64,000 bases of DNA, from NCBI RefSeq assembly GCF_000143415.4, contig NW_003314262.1:5163876-5227875 (forward strand), written 5' to 3'. Origin of the DNA: Selaginella moellendorffii (taxonomy: Eukaryota; Plantae; Lycopodiophyta). Shown piece by piece: positions 10,652-22,047 of the stretch (positions are counted from its first letter, which is position 1; each line of letters begins with the position of its first letter). A program made the position numbers and the translations under genes. The notes beneath the pieces were generated by a model. The model was not told where the DNA came from. It saw only the letters and a program-made list of their open reading frames with translations, and did not search any database.

Positions 10652-13600
10652 GAGCTGTCTGTTTGGACTCCCCAAATAAAAATCACTTTTCTTCCTTATC
10701 AAGCTCCTCACCACCTTTCATCAAAGCCACCACCAATTCCCGCAACTTCCGCGTCCCATGTCTCCTTTCTTTCACCGGACAATCAGGACTCAAGGCTTTG
10801 GCGCTACTGGACTCGGGTGCAACTTCCTGCTTCATGGACACGGACTTTGCTGCCCGACATCACGTTCCTCTTTCTCCTACCATACGGGATCTGAGGGTTG
10901 AAGGCATCGGCGGGCATTTTGTGTCTCCGTCTTCTGGACTTAGGGAAACGTTGCCCGTTCGAGTACACATTGGGTCCACCGTCACCGATATCGCCTTCAA
11001 CATCATCAACAGCAAGTCTTCCTCTGTGGTGCTCGGTCTTCCTTGGTTCCAACTACATCAGCCTCAGATTTGTTGGAAGGACTTACAGCTCATCTCTCCC
11101 ACATCACCATCTCCCACGGCTTCCCCTGGTGTTCATCGAGTCCGAATCAGGAAAAGTTCCCTAAACTCAAGTCGGGGTTCTGTTCCTGACTCTACGCAGT
11201 TTTCATCCTCTTCTTTTTTCTCTCTTCCATCTTACACTGGACAGTATCCTCGTCTCATCATTCCATTTAGTCGTACTCCTCCTCCTATCTCCACAATCAC
11301 TATGAAAGAACTCCTTCATGAAGAACCTCTTTTTCTTTTTGCTTTGCATGTTTCTCCTGTCAGTCTTCCTGAGAAGTATCATGATTTTGGGGATGTGTTT
11401 GACAAGAAAAAAGCTAGTGTACTGCCTGTTCATCGGCCTTATGATTGTCCCATTGATTTACAGGAAGGAGCGTCACCTCCGTGGGGGCCTATCTACGGGT
11501 TATCCCCGTCCGAGCTTAAGGCCCTCAAAGAGTACGTGGATGAGAACCTTGCCTCGGGCTACATTCAGCATTCGCAATCCCCGGCTGGAGCGCCTGTCTT
11601 CTTTGTCAAGAAGAAGGATGGGAGCTTGCGGCTAGTCATCGACTACCGAGGTTTGAACAAGGTGACTGTTCGGAACCGTTATCCGCTGCCCCTGATCTCG
11701 GACCTGTTGGAACGCCTCGGCGGTGCCCGCTTCTTCACCAAGATCGACCTCCGTGGAGCATACAACCTGATCCGGATCCGGCCTGGTGATGAATGGAAGA
11801 CTGCGTTCCGAACCCGCTATGGCCACTTCGAGTACACTGTCATGCCATTTGGCTTGACAAATGCTCCAGCGGTTTTCCAACACATGGCGAACGACGTTTT
11901 TCGGGAGTTTCTTGATCAGATGGTGATCGTCTACCTCGATGACATCCTCATCTACTCAAAAACTCAGGAGGAGCATGACGAACATGTTCGCAAGGTGCTA
12001 GCGAAGCTGCGAGAACACGGCCTATACGCGAAGCTTGAGAAATGTTCCTTTGATCAGCAGTCTGTGGAGTTCCTTGGGTACATTGTCACTCCTGAGGGTA
12101 TCACGATGGATCCTGCAAAAGTCAAGACTATTCTCGAATGGGAGCCTCCACAATCAATGTCAGACGTTCAGGTTTTCCTTGGCTTCGCCAACTTCTACCG
12201 CAAATTCATTGATCACTACTCTGACATTGTCCTTTCTCTCACACATCTCACTCGCAAGGATGTTCCCTTCTCTTGGTCTGCTGCTGCCCAGCAGGCTTTC
12301 GACACACTCAAGGCGGCCTTCAGTTCTGCTCCTGTCTTGATCCATGCTGATTCCTCACAACCTTTCTTCATCGAGGCTGACGCCTCCGACTTTGCCATTG
12401 GTGCTGTGCTATCTCAACTCGGAGCGGATCACGAACTTCATCCGGTCGCTTTCCATTCTCGGAAATTCCAGCCTGCGGAGATCAATTACGAAATCCACGA
12501 CAAGGAGCTTCTTGCCATCGTGGATTCCTTTGGAGAGTGGCGCCGTTTCTTGGAGGGGGCGAGCCATCAAACAACAGTCTGGACGGATCACAAAAATCTC
12601 GAGTACTTTGCCACTTCCCGAGTTTTAAGCCGTCGTCAAGCAAGGTGGGCACAATTCCTGAGTCGGTTTGACTTTGTTATCAAGTACAGACCTGGAAAGT
12701 TTCAAGGCCTTCCTGATGCTCTTTCAAGGCGCTCCTATCTCAGTCTCAGGCCTAGTAATCCTGCCTTCGATCAACAGGATCAAGTTATCCTCGGTCCTGA
12801 TCGGCTTCAAGTTATGGCAATTTCCCTGGCCCCTCAGGACTCCTCCTTGATGGATGCAATCAGAAACGATCTTCAATCCGATGATCTCGCTAGCGACATT
12901 TTTCCCCATCTTCAGGCTGGACACCCAGTGACTCCCGACTGCCGGCGATTTGACGAGTTCGAGTTCTTAGATGGCTTATTGTACCGTGGGGAGCAGCTTT
13001 ACGTTCCTGAAGGTGATGCTCGAAGGTTGATCCTGATGGCGTGCCACGATAGCCCGACTGCTGGTCACTTCGGCATTGCGAAAACCTATGAGCTAGTTGC
13101 ACGGGACTTTTGGTGGCCTCACATGGACGACTACATCAAAGCTTTTGTTACCTCCTGTGACACTTGTGCCCGGAATAAGGTACCTCGCCACCTTCCTTCA
13201 GGTTTGCTTCGTTCCCTTCCAGTCCCTTCAGGTCCTTGGGAATCCATCTCCATGGATTTCTTGAGTGATCTTCCGAGTTCTGGAGGCTTCAACAGCATTT
13301 TAGTCGTGGTGGATCGTTTCACAAAGATGGCGCACTTCTTGCCATGTACCAAGGAGTTTTCGGGCGAGGACATGGCAAAACTGGTATTCATGGAAATTTT
13401 CCGACTTCATGGGATTCCTACAGATGTGGTTTCGGATCGGGGGCCTCAGTTCATCTCTCATTTCTGGCAACGGTTTTTGCAGTTGCTTGGAGTGAAGGCC
13501 AACCTCTCTTCGGCATATCATCCTCAAACTGATGGGCAGTCCGAGCGAACGATTCAGACATTGGAACAATTCTTGAGGTGCTTCATCAACTATCATCAGG

Positions 13601-14397
13601 ATAACTAGTTCGATATCCTTCCCCTTGCTGAGTTCTCCTATAACAACTCTGTTCACTCCTCTCTTCGAGTTTCCCCCTTCTTTGCGAACTCTGGCCGAAA
13701 TCCCCGATTCAATCTCTTACTTCCTTCTCCATCTGAATCCTCTCGTTCAAATCCCCGCTCTGAATCATTTCTCTCCAACCTTCAGGAAATCCACAACTCC
13801 ATCTCCTTCCACCTCCATCGTGCTCAGGAATCTCATAAAACATTTGCCAATGTCCATCGTCAGGATTGTCCCCCTTACAATATCGGGGATAAAGTCTGGC
13901 TCCTCAGGCGAAATATCTCCACCACCAGGCCCTGTCCAAAACTCGATTTCAAACGCCTTGGTCCTTTCCCTATCACTGCCATCATTAATCCTGTCACTTA
14001 TCGCCTTGCACTTCCCTCCTCATATCAAATTCACCCCGTTTTTCACTCCTCTCTCCTTGAGCCTTATATTCCCAGTCCTATTCCAAATCGGGTCATTCCT
14101 CCGCCTCCACCAGTGCAGCTCGAGGATGGGTCTGAGTACGAGGTTCAGGACATCCTTGATTCCAAGATTTCACGATCTAAACTCTACTATCTGGTGGACT
14201 GGAAGGGTTACGGACCTGAGGAACGCACTTGGGAACCTGCGGACAACCTGATTCATTCTCCTGACCTTGTTCAGGACTTCCACCGCCGCTATCCTTCTCG
14301 TCCCAGTCCTCATTCTTTTTCTCCATCTCCCATCCCTCGCCGCTCATCTCATCCTCCTCTTCGTTCTCGTTCACATCCTCGTTCCACTCGTTCTTGA
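10624..14397 (+). CDS. pol: Pol of inner element (-1 frame; PR-RT-RH-INT-chromodomain) with a single premature TAG at 13606-13608
   Basis: LLDSGA, YLDD, ADASD, HHCC zinc finger, HPQTDGQSE. The same frame resumes after the TAG (where W is expected) through GPF and the chromodomain YEVQDIL..YLVDWKGY..TWEP. Confidence 0.92.
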
Positions 14398-14408
14398 GGA
14401 GGGGGTGC

Positions 14409-14795
14409 TGTCAGGAATCCCCCAATTCTTGCCACATTCCTGACTCTCGCCGGATTCCTGACCTGCAGACCACATTCCTGACTCTCGAGACACTTCTCTA
14501 TTCCTGACTCTCGAGACACTTCCCTATTCCTGACTCTCGAGACACTTCCCGATTCCTGAGTCTCGAGCCACATTCCTGATGATGATGTGGCGCCTCCTCG
14601 ACCTCAGCTGTATTTAGGCTGTCCTCGATCCAAGAGTGGTGGAGCTTCATCAACCTATAGTATATATAGGTTAGCCTTGTTCCATTTCTCCACAATCTGA
14701 ATCAACACCAGTCTAAGGCCTCTTCTTTGTTTTCACTAGCTTTTTCTCTTTGTCTTTAGCATTTTCCAGTCTTGATCTTGTTGGGGGTCTTGACA
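14409..14795 (+). repeat. 3' LTR of inner element
   Basis: Near-identical to 9196-9582. Confidence 0.95.
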
Positions 14796-14803
14796 AGGAA
14801 GAG

Positions 14804-14815
14804 GCTCCGATACCA
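14804..14815 (-). promoter_or_regulatory. tRNA-iMet primer-binding site of outer element
   Basis: TGGTATCGGAGC, 3 nt (ATT) inside the 5' LTR; canonical plant sequence is TGGTATCAGAGC. Confidence 0.9.
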
Positions 14816-14818
14816 AAT

Positions 14819-15966
14819 TGTAAGCCACAAATTTTTCCTTTCCAATTTGCCAGCTTACCTCGCCTATCCGACCAACTCTGCCTTGGCTCGTGCTAAGTTC
14901 CCTCGCCAAGGTTCTCGCCTATGGTACCAGCTCCTACTTGGTTTTAGCTACTTACTGCACGAGCAACGGAGTGTTAGCCATCCATCTACGGATTCCCAAA
15001 TCTCTCCCAATCCCCCTCCCCGGGTTAGACTGGACTTAAGGTTCGCCTACACTCCCCGCAGGCACAAGCAGCCAAGCACACCAAGCCTCCAGATTCCTAA
15101 CACCCCTTGGTACCACAAGACTTGATCATGGGACCCTCTAAATCCCAAGCCTTGGGTGCAGCACTTGCTTCGGGACGTCGGGGCAAAACACCGTGGCCTA
15201 ACGGCCCGGTATGGGTACCTCTACCCCCCCTCTTCCATCCCGAAGGGAAGGCCCAAGCCCCCAGAAGGGCGAGGACCAATGAGCCACAAGGTACTCAAGT
15301 GGGGCACCACTCCACCTGAGCCGGGAGCACCGCAGTCGGTTTCCCTTTCGAGAGTGGGAGCTACTCTTGAGCACTTCCTTGGATGGCCCCTCCGGCACCA
15401 GCCAAGTCCATGCTCACTCCCACCCAAGGCCCCTCGGTCCCAGTCTCAACCTCAAGTCGGTTTGGAAGCCCAACTGGAGAGTCCCTTCAAAATTGGTTCC
15501 TGGACCTCACTATCCCTACTATACTTTTGGAACCCCCTACAGCCCCCCCCTCCTGGGAGAAGCACGCTTTGGGCTTTCACCCCTTGACCCGTATTACTAT
15601 TTGGACTTAGTCTCTGGCTCGATCTCGGACCCGATTTCGGATCCGACTTCGGATTCGGTCTCGGACTCGATTTCGGACTCGATCTCGGACCCGATCTCGG
15701 ACCCGACCTCGGACTCGACCTCGGACTCGGTCTCGGACCCGATTTCGGATCTCGGACTCCGTCTCGAACTCGGTCTCGAACTCGGACTCGAACTCGGTCC
15801 CCGAGTCGGTCTTAGACTCGATTCCGGACTCTATCTCGAACTCGGTCCTAGAGTCGGTCTTGGACTCGATCCTCGACTTGGTCCCATCCGATGAACTCTT
15901 TGTCATTTCGGTCAAGCTTTTGGGGATCCTTTAGCCTACGACATCTCGGGGAGTCGGTTCCTTACA
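14819..15966 (-). repeat. 5' LTR of outer element
   Basis: TGTAAG...CTTACA followed by TSD CATTC. Confidence 0.95.
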
Positions 15967-18900
15967 CATTCATGGATTAGTGTTTCTGAAATCATTTGAT
16001 GTGTTGGAGGAGAAGAAAACTGGTCTCTAGTTGTGGTCAAAGTTGAGGCTTGTTCTCATGGAGGTTAGAGTTGAGAATGTGGTTCAAATGATCACTGATA
16101 ACAACTCCAACTTTGTTCATATAGAGGATTTCATGAAGGGGGAGTTTCCGAAGATTGTTCATGGCAGATGTGTTTGCCACTACTTGAGCCTCCTCTTGAA
16201 GGATATCACTAACCTTGATTGGGTTTAACCTTGTGTGAGCGGCTATGAGAAGATCGTCAATTTCATGTTGAAAAAGCCAAGCTTGGTTACAGCATTCTGG
16301 AAAATTGTCCCTTGAGACTCATCAAACCAATATCAACTAGATTTGCGTACAACTTCATAGTGATGAGCTCCTTGACTAAACCGGACATGCTCAGAGCTTT
16401 GCAATAGTTTGTGGTATCAGATGTATGGTACCAAAACTGGGATAAGTTGAGTGAAGCTTTGATTTAGAATGGTAGTTTTTGGCATTGTTGTGCTGAGGTT
16501 TTGCTAATGATGGAATTGATTTTGAAGGTTCTAAATCTGGCAGATCAAGAAGGAGCAACCTTGGGGCTTTTGTTTGAGGAGATGGATCAAGCTCAAGAGG
16601 CTCTTTAGGTTTTGGCTGTGAACAAAATGGTTGCTGAAGAGAGGATCAATGCTATCAAGCATTTCATCTTTGAGTTGAGCACAGAAGAGCTTGACTCGGT
16701 GAATCTTTAGTTGCAAAGCAAGAGCCAATGGAAAATGCTCCACTCTACACTCCAAAGTGCTGTTCATTGTTTGAGTCCTCTCTGGTTGAGCTTGCCAGAA
16801 GATTCCAAGGCAAAGAGTGATCTTCACGATTACTTTGAGCTGGTGGCTAGAGCCAAGAACTATGAGCTGCTTCAGAAGCTCACTTTCCAATATCAGAGTT
16901 TTAGGGAAGCTACACCACAAGAGATGTCTCGTGAAATTGCCAAACATAAAAAAATATAGCTCCATCCAGTGAGCTAGTGGATAAAGTATGGATTAGTGTT
17001 GTTAGAACTTCAAGAAATTGTTCTCAGCTAGACCATATCAACTTCAGCCTCTGAGTGAAATTGGAGCATTTGGAGCATTGTGTAGACAAAGAGGTAAGCT
17101 CATTTGCTTGCAAAAACCATGGAGAAGCTTGTCTTCTACTACACCAACTTGAAGTTGCTCAAGGAGATCGAAACATATGAGATGAGGCTTTTGGAGATGA
17201 ATGCGAAAGGTTAAGCCTTAATGGATCAGAATTCTTTTGATGCAGGGAACACTCGAGGAGATTGAAGTGGAGCTGCATGTTGAAATAGAGGAGGTTTGTA
17301 ATGATGAGATAGGGATGGGATCAAATGTTGATGATGAAGAAGAGGAAGTGTGATCATCACCATTTATGTGTTTGAAATTTGAATTTCAAGTTTCAATGTT
17401 TCAAATTTATTTCTTTTACATATATTTATAGTATCTCTGTTCATATTAAAAGTCTCCATGTTTAAACACGTTCACATCCGTTTAATTCGTTTTGTTTGGC
17501 CATTTGCCAGTAAGTATGCTTGCCACATAACTCAGCTTCATCTGGCAATCAACAGTTTTCTTGATTCAACATTGTGGATCCAAGCACAATGGTGAGTGAT
17601 CAATCCTCCAACTTTGTCCTCCCCTCATTCTTTGCCTCCTATTTATTGTTTTGTGCTAGAAAATCCAAGATGAGGACTGATGCTTTTGTTTGTAGATCAT
17701 GCAAGTCAAACACCCTACAAAAGCACCCAGTTGGTAGAAACTTCTTGGCCACCAACAGGGAAGTGCACTTCCTTTGCTATAACTTGGACTTCAATGGAGG
17801 CCAAGTCTTTCTCAGCACTTAGATGCATACCAAAACACTAAACACTATGGTATTATATTGTAAAATTTACCATATCTTCTATTAATTCTCAAAGCTATGC
17901 CACATGTTTTTCTTTGGTACATGTTTTAGTGATTAATGGTGAGATGCTTAACTGTGTTGTATAAGAAAATGATTATTGAGCAGGAGAAGTTACTCTTGTT
18001 GCAAATGTAGGCCCAAGGTGTCTCTACGGGCCAACAACATGGCTTGAGGGATCTCTCCAAGCTTTTGTGCCTAGGAGAACATGAGCATAGAGTGGTGGAG
18101 GAGGAGCAATGACAACTTGCTACCCTAATATTCACAATGGATCTCTTTCACTAGAGATTTCAATTGCAGGAGTAGTTGTAGGTATGAAACTTTCGTGGCT
18201 TACATTGTATTTATTATACAAGTTCTATGGCGTCCATTGCTAGTCTACAACAGCAAAGAAGGCCCTAGAGGGGTAGAAGAACCTCACCACCATTTCCTAA
18301 GAACATGTTTGAGGCACCAACACCAATCACAGAACTACTGGACAACATCAACATATCCATGTAAGTGTCTTTCTTGAATTGCATGGTCTAGGGATAAGAA
18401 TGCATATAAGTTCTTATTCAACCAGAAGTAATGGCTCAACACAAGTGACCAATATAACTATGCTGCTACACTTGCAAGCAAGGAGGATGTACGACTTAGT
18501 TTGTTCCACACATAAGAGCTTAAAGCTATATTGGATGCAACTATAGAGATGGAGTTAGTGACCACAAATGACTAGGACCTAAGTAGCAAGGACATAAACA
18601 TGGTTTCAATGATCGCTAGCCATGCCAAAGGGTGGGTGGGTGGGTGGTGAGGCTTTTCTATGTCACGTACTAAATGACAATGCCACCAGGAGTGGCCTAG
18701 CTACTGTAAGGGGTCCTTGAGGCTGACTTTAAGCAACAATTCTGCCATGATGGCATTTAGGACATCCTTGCTAGTGCATCAAGCATAGTAGGTACCGGGA
18801 AAGAATGTGAGTTAGAATTCCTGCATCACTACAATTTCTCACATTGAATATATTTACTAGGCACCTACAGAGAAATTTGAAGTTTGAGGGACTTGTTCAA

Positions 18901-19639
18901 GAAAGTAGAACACTCTACATGCATTTCTCACGTTTCCTCATTGACAATACAATGCTTCAACCATACAGAGAGGCACATAGATGATTGTGCAGCTCAAGGC
19001 TAGTGGTAGGGATTTGCTTTTTGCTAGCATCCAAATTTAGCTCTAACACCAACATTGTTGCAGATTGCTTTGAGATGTGGGTTCACATGTTTCCAATTCC
19101 AGTTTGCACCTAAGGACACCAAAGCTATGTAGCAAAACTTGGTGATGGTTTTTTTTGGGAGGACTAGATTGTGGATGCCAAAGGCCCAATGTAAAATGCA
19201 TTGTGTGAAGCTTTTCGTCATGTTCCAAGTAGTGTAAGTTCATACATCAATGGTTGTCATCTTCTTTCCATCTTCTTACAGCTCCAACAAGCATTGTTCC
19301 TGTCCATCCTAATGCACTTGACAGTGGTCAGTTCTATAGAGAGCATCGTGTGTTGTTCTTACAGCTCCAACCAGCATTGTTCCTCTTAATCCCGTAGCTC
19401 TTGATACCACAGGGCAGCAGTTGCTGGAGGTATGCTTCCTTTTGTTTTAGCGCCCTAGTTAACTTGGATTGATCTTCTCAAACGGCAGGACGCTCTCGAC
19501 CTTTACACCAGCAAATTTTCTATGTCGTGTGGTGCTTACATTTCTGGATGGAAAGAACGTCACTCTGGCCCTCGCGGAACACCAACATGCAAGTGACAAA
19601 ACGCTAAGAGTTAGTGATGCTTATGCTTTGTTTTCCTTT

Positions 19640-21160
19640 ACAGGTAGTCGCCGCAATGACTTACCAAATATCGAAGTAGTTACCAGCGGAAGGCATGTTT
19701 CCTATATTCTTTGCAGTAGTCTTTTAGCTTTTTAATTGTCATTCTCTCATTCTATAGGGGTTAGGGACACGTTTGTGCATCGAGTTCCAGAGAAGGTTGC
19801 ACGTTATAGGCGTATCAGTGTACTGTTTTGCTGGCGGGTCCGAGTCCTTCTGGTCTAAACAGGCTAGTGCTTCTGAAAAATATGTGGATATGTATTCATT
19901 GCTATGTTTGAAGCAGGGATTTAAACCGTTGGCTGATGGTAGCACGAAACCAAAGTTTGCTGAACCGCTAGCGTCGTTTTTTACAAGTGATACCAAAGTT
20001 ATGATTTTTTAGAAGTTTCCCTGAGCAGTTCAAGGTTCATATGAGATAACTGAACCATCTTCAACGCAACAACATGCAATGCAACAACATACTGGTAGAA
20101 CTTGCGGTTCGTAGTTGTTTTACTTTACGGGATGCTTTCAGATCCTCCCGGGACTACAAAGGCTGTAAAGAACAAGGGCACTAGCAAAAGAAAACGGAAT
20201 GAAAAGGGTGATCCCTCCTGCCAACCGTTCCTTTCATTTTCTCAGCCACCTCCTGATTCTCCAGACACTGCAGATGGAAAGAATGTGGAACCAATCCAGA
20301 CATGTGGGGAAAGAAGTCCAGTGGTTTTGTTTATGAATATGGCTGACGAGCAGCGCAAGCGGCAATTAACCAAGGTGCAAAGCTACTCGTTTACAAGCTT
20401 TGAATCAAGAGGTATCTGTTTGCAGTTTGTCGAAACGCTTGGACGGCAAGTTACAGATACAGGAAGCAAGTGCACTCACGTCTTGACAGGTCAAGTTCGA
20501 CGAACTATGAACTTCTGTGCAGCTGTTTCTGTCGGGTAAATTGTAATTGTTTTTCTCTAGATTGTGGGAAATGTCTATGTCATAGAGCCTGGATTTTATC
20601 GCCAGAATGGTTAGGATCAAGTGTCGAAGCTAAAACATTCGTATTTAAGATCGAATTCCTTTCGCTCTGGGATTTCAAGGCAAACTATAACACTGACGAC
20701 GCAAGCCGCACAAGAGCGAAGCCACTGTTTCAAGGATTAGAAGCTTGTCTGACCTCTCATATCGATCAAGTTCTCCGTGAGCTTATCGAATCTGGCTGTG
20801 GCAAGGGATACTTTTTCCTAGCTTCATGGGAAACGAATATGATCGTTTTCATTTGCAGGTTGTGTCCCGGATTGAGGAGCTTACTATGCCAGTGTCAAAC
20901 TCATTCGTCATCTCTTGCAAGCCGATGCCATGCAAGCTAGAAACGCTTCAAGTGTCAGGCTTCGAGTCTTCAACATGGAATGGCTGATTCGTTCTGTAAT
21001 GAAACAAGAGCTGGATTTTGAGGCCAAGGACGGCCTGACGATTGTCACCACGGTTACTTAGCTACGAAGCATCATCCTTTTTTTTGTTCGGGGATTTTTA
21101 AGCTCTTTTTCCTAATTTTCTCTATTTGCAGGTAAATAATTCAACCGTGAGTTGGATCAC
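19640..21160 (+). CDS. Tandem-BRCT protein (MDC1/PTIP-like C-terminus), multi-exon; boundaries approximate, may be degenerate
   Basis: Spliced VVLFMNMAD..LTK|FVETLG..CTHVLTGQVRRTMNFCAAVSVG|AWILSPEWL matches a BRCT pattern, followed by a second repeat LFQGL..LRELIESGCG. Confidence 0.6.
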
Positions 21161-21443
21161 CTAACTGTAAGGAAACATTTCTACTCTGATCTTATTTGAT
21201 TTTTGGTCTTACAATTTTCTTCAGGAGCCACCAACAAAAAGATTGTATCAAGTAGCAAAATATTATGAAGAAACGTCCATATTAGAAACTCAAGATTATT
21301 ACTCTTGAAGTTCGACAGCCGAGTTCAACACGGTGGAAGGATCAAAGGCACGAAAAATGATATATTTAGTGTGATGGCCTTTTGCATTTCCAGTGATTCA
21401 TGACAACAATCTCAGGTATTTATTTTCATTTATTTTCTTCTTC

Positions 21444-22047
21444 TTATATCTGTTGAACAACACTGGCTGGCTTTTTGGGAACGCAGAAGTCGACGTGAAG
21501 CCGCCACGACTGGCCAGACAAAGCTTGTGTGAGCCTCGTCTCTGTCACGGATCCAGTGGCTTCTTCAAACAGCCCTCTCCCTCCAGCAACAGCGTAAGTT
21601 CCCAGGCCGGCCAGGAAATCCAACTTTCCATCCCAGATGAGAATCGCTCCAGCAAGCGGAGAGCCTGGCAGGAACTCGAGCTCGGCCGTGAGGTGCGCGA
21701 GTGTAGCGTTGCTGGTGATGAAGACGGCGCCCCGGTACGCTGCCTTGGTGTTACGGTTGCTGTTGATATTGTTCGAGAAGGTGAAGCCCACTCCATTTCT
21801 GTAAGGTGGCAGCGTGGATTCGTTTCGGCTTACAGCAAAAATGTTTTGGCCGGGATTGTTGGGGTTGAGGATGAACAATGATGTGGCTTCGAACAAGTAG
21901 CAATTTTACACAGAAGTAGAGAAACAAAGTTGCTATCAAGAAAGACTTTGGATCACTTACTATGTTATTTGGGATTGTAGCTGCTGCATATGAAATGAAT
22001 AGGATCAAGCAAGCAAGAAGTGAAGTGGACGAAGAAGCTAAAGCCAT
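21444..22047 (-). CDS. Dirigent-like secreted protein (frame change near 21890-21960)
   Basis: Signal peptide MALASSSTSLLACLILFISYAAA, TLFLYF, and C-terminal YAVAGGRGLFEEATG matching dirigent VVGGTG.F..A.G. Confidence 0.6.

Larger units (their letters stand above)
9196..14795 (+). mobile_element. Inner Tf1/sushi (Tcn1-like) chromovirus LTR retrotransposon, very recent
   Basis: 387-bp TG..CA LTRs at 9196-9582 and 14409-14795 (one mismatch seen); TSD AGGAA at 9191-9195 and 14796-14800; PPT GAGGAGGGGGTGC at 14396-14408. Confidence 0.97.
2711..15966 (-). mobile_element. Outer Ty3/gypsy chromovirus LTR retrotransposon (full length, inactivated)
   Basis: TG..CA LTRs at 2711-3856 and 14819-15966; TSD CATTC at 2706-2710 and 15967-15971; iMet PBS; PPT; gag-PR-RT-RH-INT-chromodomain order on the - strand. 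Confidence 0.97.
1744..17353 (+). pseudogene. Decayed hAT-family (DUF659-type) transposase, split at 2710/15972 by the LTR nest
   Basis: BED-like remnant (~1790-1975) and FIYRTTQAFNVVNS. CMIVTDSW at ~2638-2661 continues across the insertion as SIHGLVFLKSFD, then VVQMITDNNSNF, CVCHYLSLLLKDI (CxxH), TRF and a C-terminal dimerisation-like STSASE.NWS. Many stops; TIRs not resolved. Confidence 0.8.

Noticed and set aside
9983-10714. 243-aa antisense ORF over the inner gag
   Set aside because: Shadow of a GC-rich coding strand with no recognisable motifs.
13606-13608. Programmed read-through of the TAG in the inner integrase
   Set aside because: It sits at a conserved Trp position (QDNW), so a single G>A mutation is simpler.
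17500-19400. Short ORFs between the hAT relic and the BRCT gene
   Set aside because: No recognisable domain or consistent exon structure; probably decayed repeats.
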